Below, one piece after another: positions 62,683 through 63,346 of a stretch of 63,346 bases of DNA. Every line of letters starts with the position of its first letter. The stretch's first letter is position 1. Origin of the DNA: a virus (taxonomy: Duplodnaviria; Caudoviricetes). Under the pieces are notes generated by a model that searched no databases, was not told where the DNA came from, and saw only the letters and a list, made by a program, of their open reading frames with translations. Location: positions 1 through 63,346 of IMG/VR virus record IMGVR_UViG_3300033153_008411; one strand, written 5' to 3'. Position numbers and translations under genes: made by a program.

Positions 62683-63346
62683 ATATCACACCGACTGCAA
62701 AGCTTTATTTTATCCCGTAATCCTTGAAATAGATACGTTCTGTATAATTGCATCAACGGACTATGCCAAATTTCATACACTGTATTAAGGTGTATATCAC
62801 CGACAATAGCTTGCTCCTTGGCATCCCAACAACACAATGTTGCTTCACCATTCGATAAAAAAGATAAGAAGAATTTTGATCTTGTGCATCGTTGTACTAT
62901 ACTTTTTGTTTGTCCTTGATGCGGGTATCGATAGAGCCACGGAAAATTTATTCCTGTTGGATTGAATTGTTTCCAGTACGCTTCGTAATCTTGCTGCTCT
63001 TTTTCACGTCCGGGCATCCTGATCATTCTGACAAAAGTTTTTATATCTTTTTTTGATTTATTTGCTTCTTCGATAAAATACCGGACATTAGTGTAAACCT
63101 TATCGTAATCGAGCATTCTTGTTTTGTCAAAAGTTTCCTTGTAAAACCCATCAACACTGAACCGCATAATATTAACACCGGCATCAATGAGTTGGTCGGA
63201 TAATTCTGGTGTCAGTAATTCAGCATTTGTGTTGAATTCAACTTCAGCTTTTGGATCTTTTTTTATGTACTGGACAATATCTATCATTCGTTTGTCCATA
63301 AACGGTTCATTTAATAAGAATGGTTGATACACTGAACCCCAACCCC
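62679..63346 (-). CDS. Radical SAM protein with SPASM/twitch domain, N-terminus beyond the window
   Basis: NEPFMD, FNTNAELL, FSVDG, C...GEATLCCWD..VGDI..VYEIW..CSRC. Confidence 0.85.
   Translation of the reverse strand, partial: GWGSVYQPFLLNEPFMDKRMIDIVQYIKKDPKAEVEFNTNAELLTPELSDQLIDAGVNIMRFSVDGFYKETFDKTRMLDYDKVYTNVRYFIEEANKSKKDIKTFVRMIRMPGREKEQQDYEAYWKQFNPTGINFPWLYRYPHQGQTKSIVQRCTRSKFFLSFLSNGEATLCCWDAKEQAIVGDIHLNTVYEIWHSPLMQLYRTYLFQGLRDKIKLCSRCDI

Noticed and set aside
1-63346. Stop-codon reassignment explaining the many short ORFs
   Set aside because: Core genes are full length under the standard code. The short ORFs are complete paralogous units joined by out-of-frame ATGA/TAATG overlaps, not in-frame stops.

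Overview
A 63-kb segment of a large, AT-rich T4-like (myovirus) phage genome with essentially all genes on the minus strand. Positions 1-24 kb hold the baseplate/tail module: a truncated large virion protein, a split gp5-like spike, gp27-, gp53- and gp48-like genes, tape measure, a gp26/gp51-like chaperone with a probable -1 frameshift, three tube-fold genes, gp8, gp6 and gp25, with an HNH endonuclease inserted between gp25 and gp6. Scattered core genes follow: gp13, gp32, gp33, rIIA, class II RNR, gp61 primase, guanylate kinase, a MoxR-like AAA ATPase with a VWA-peptidase partner, and a radical SAM enzyme. A complete tmRNA lies at 49289-49660. Most of 24.5-62.7 kb is made of tandem arrays of small paralogous ORFs from at least seven families. 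The most striking observation is that about 50 small proteins with unrelated bodies end in the same type of hydrophobic C-terminal tail (A-hydrophobic-x-[LF]-x-x-[LM]-stop, e.g. DLMEL, ELRLL, LGDL, FMKL), which suggests a shared C-terminal targeting or docking signal. A circularly permuted tRNA-like (YrlA-like) RNA is also visible at 57081-57197. All product calls come from motif recognition and synteny by eye; no searches were run.
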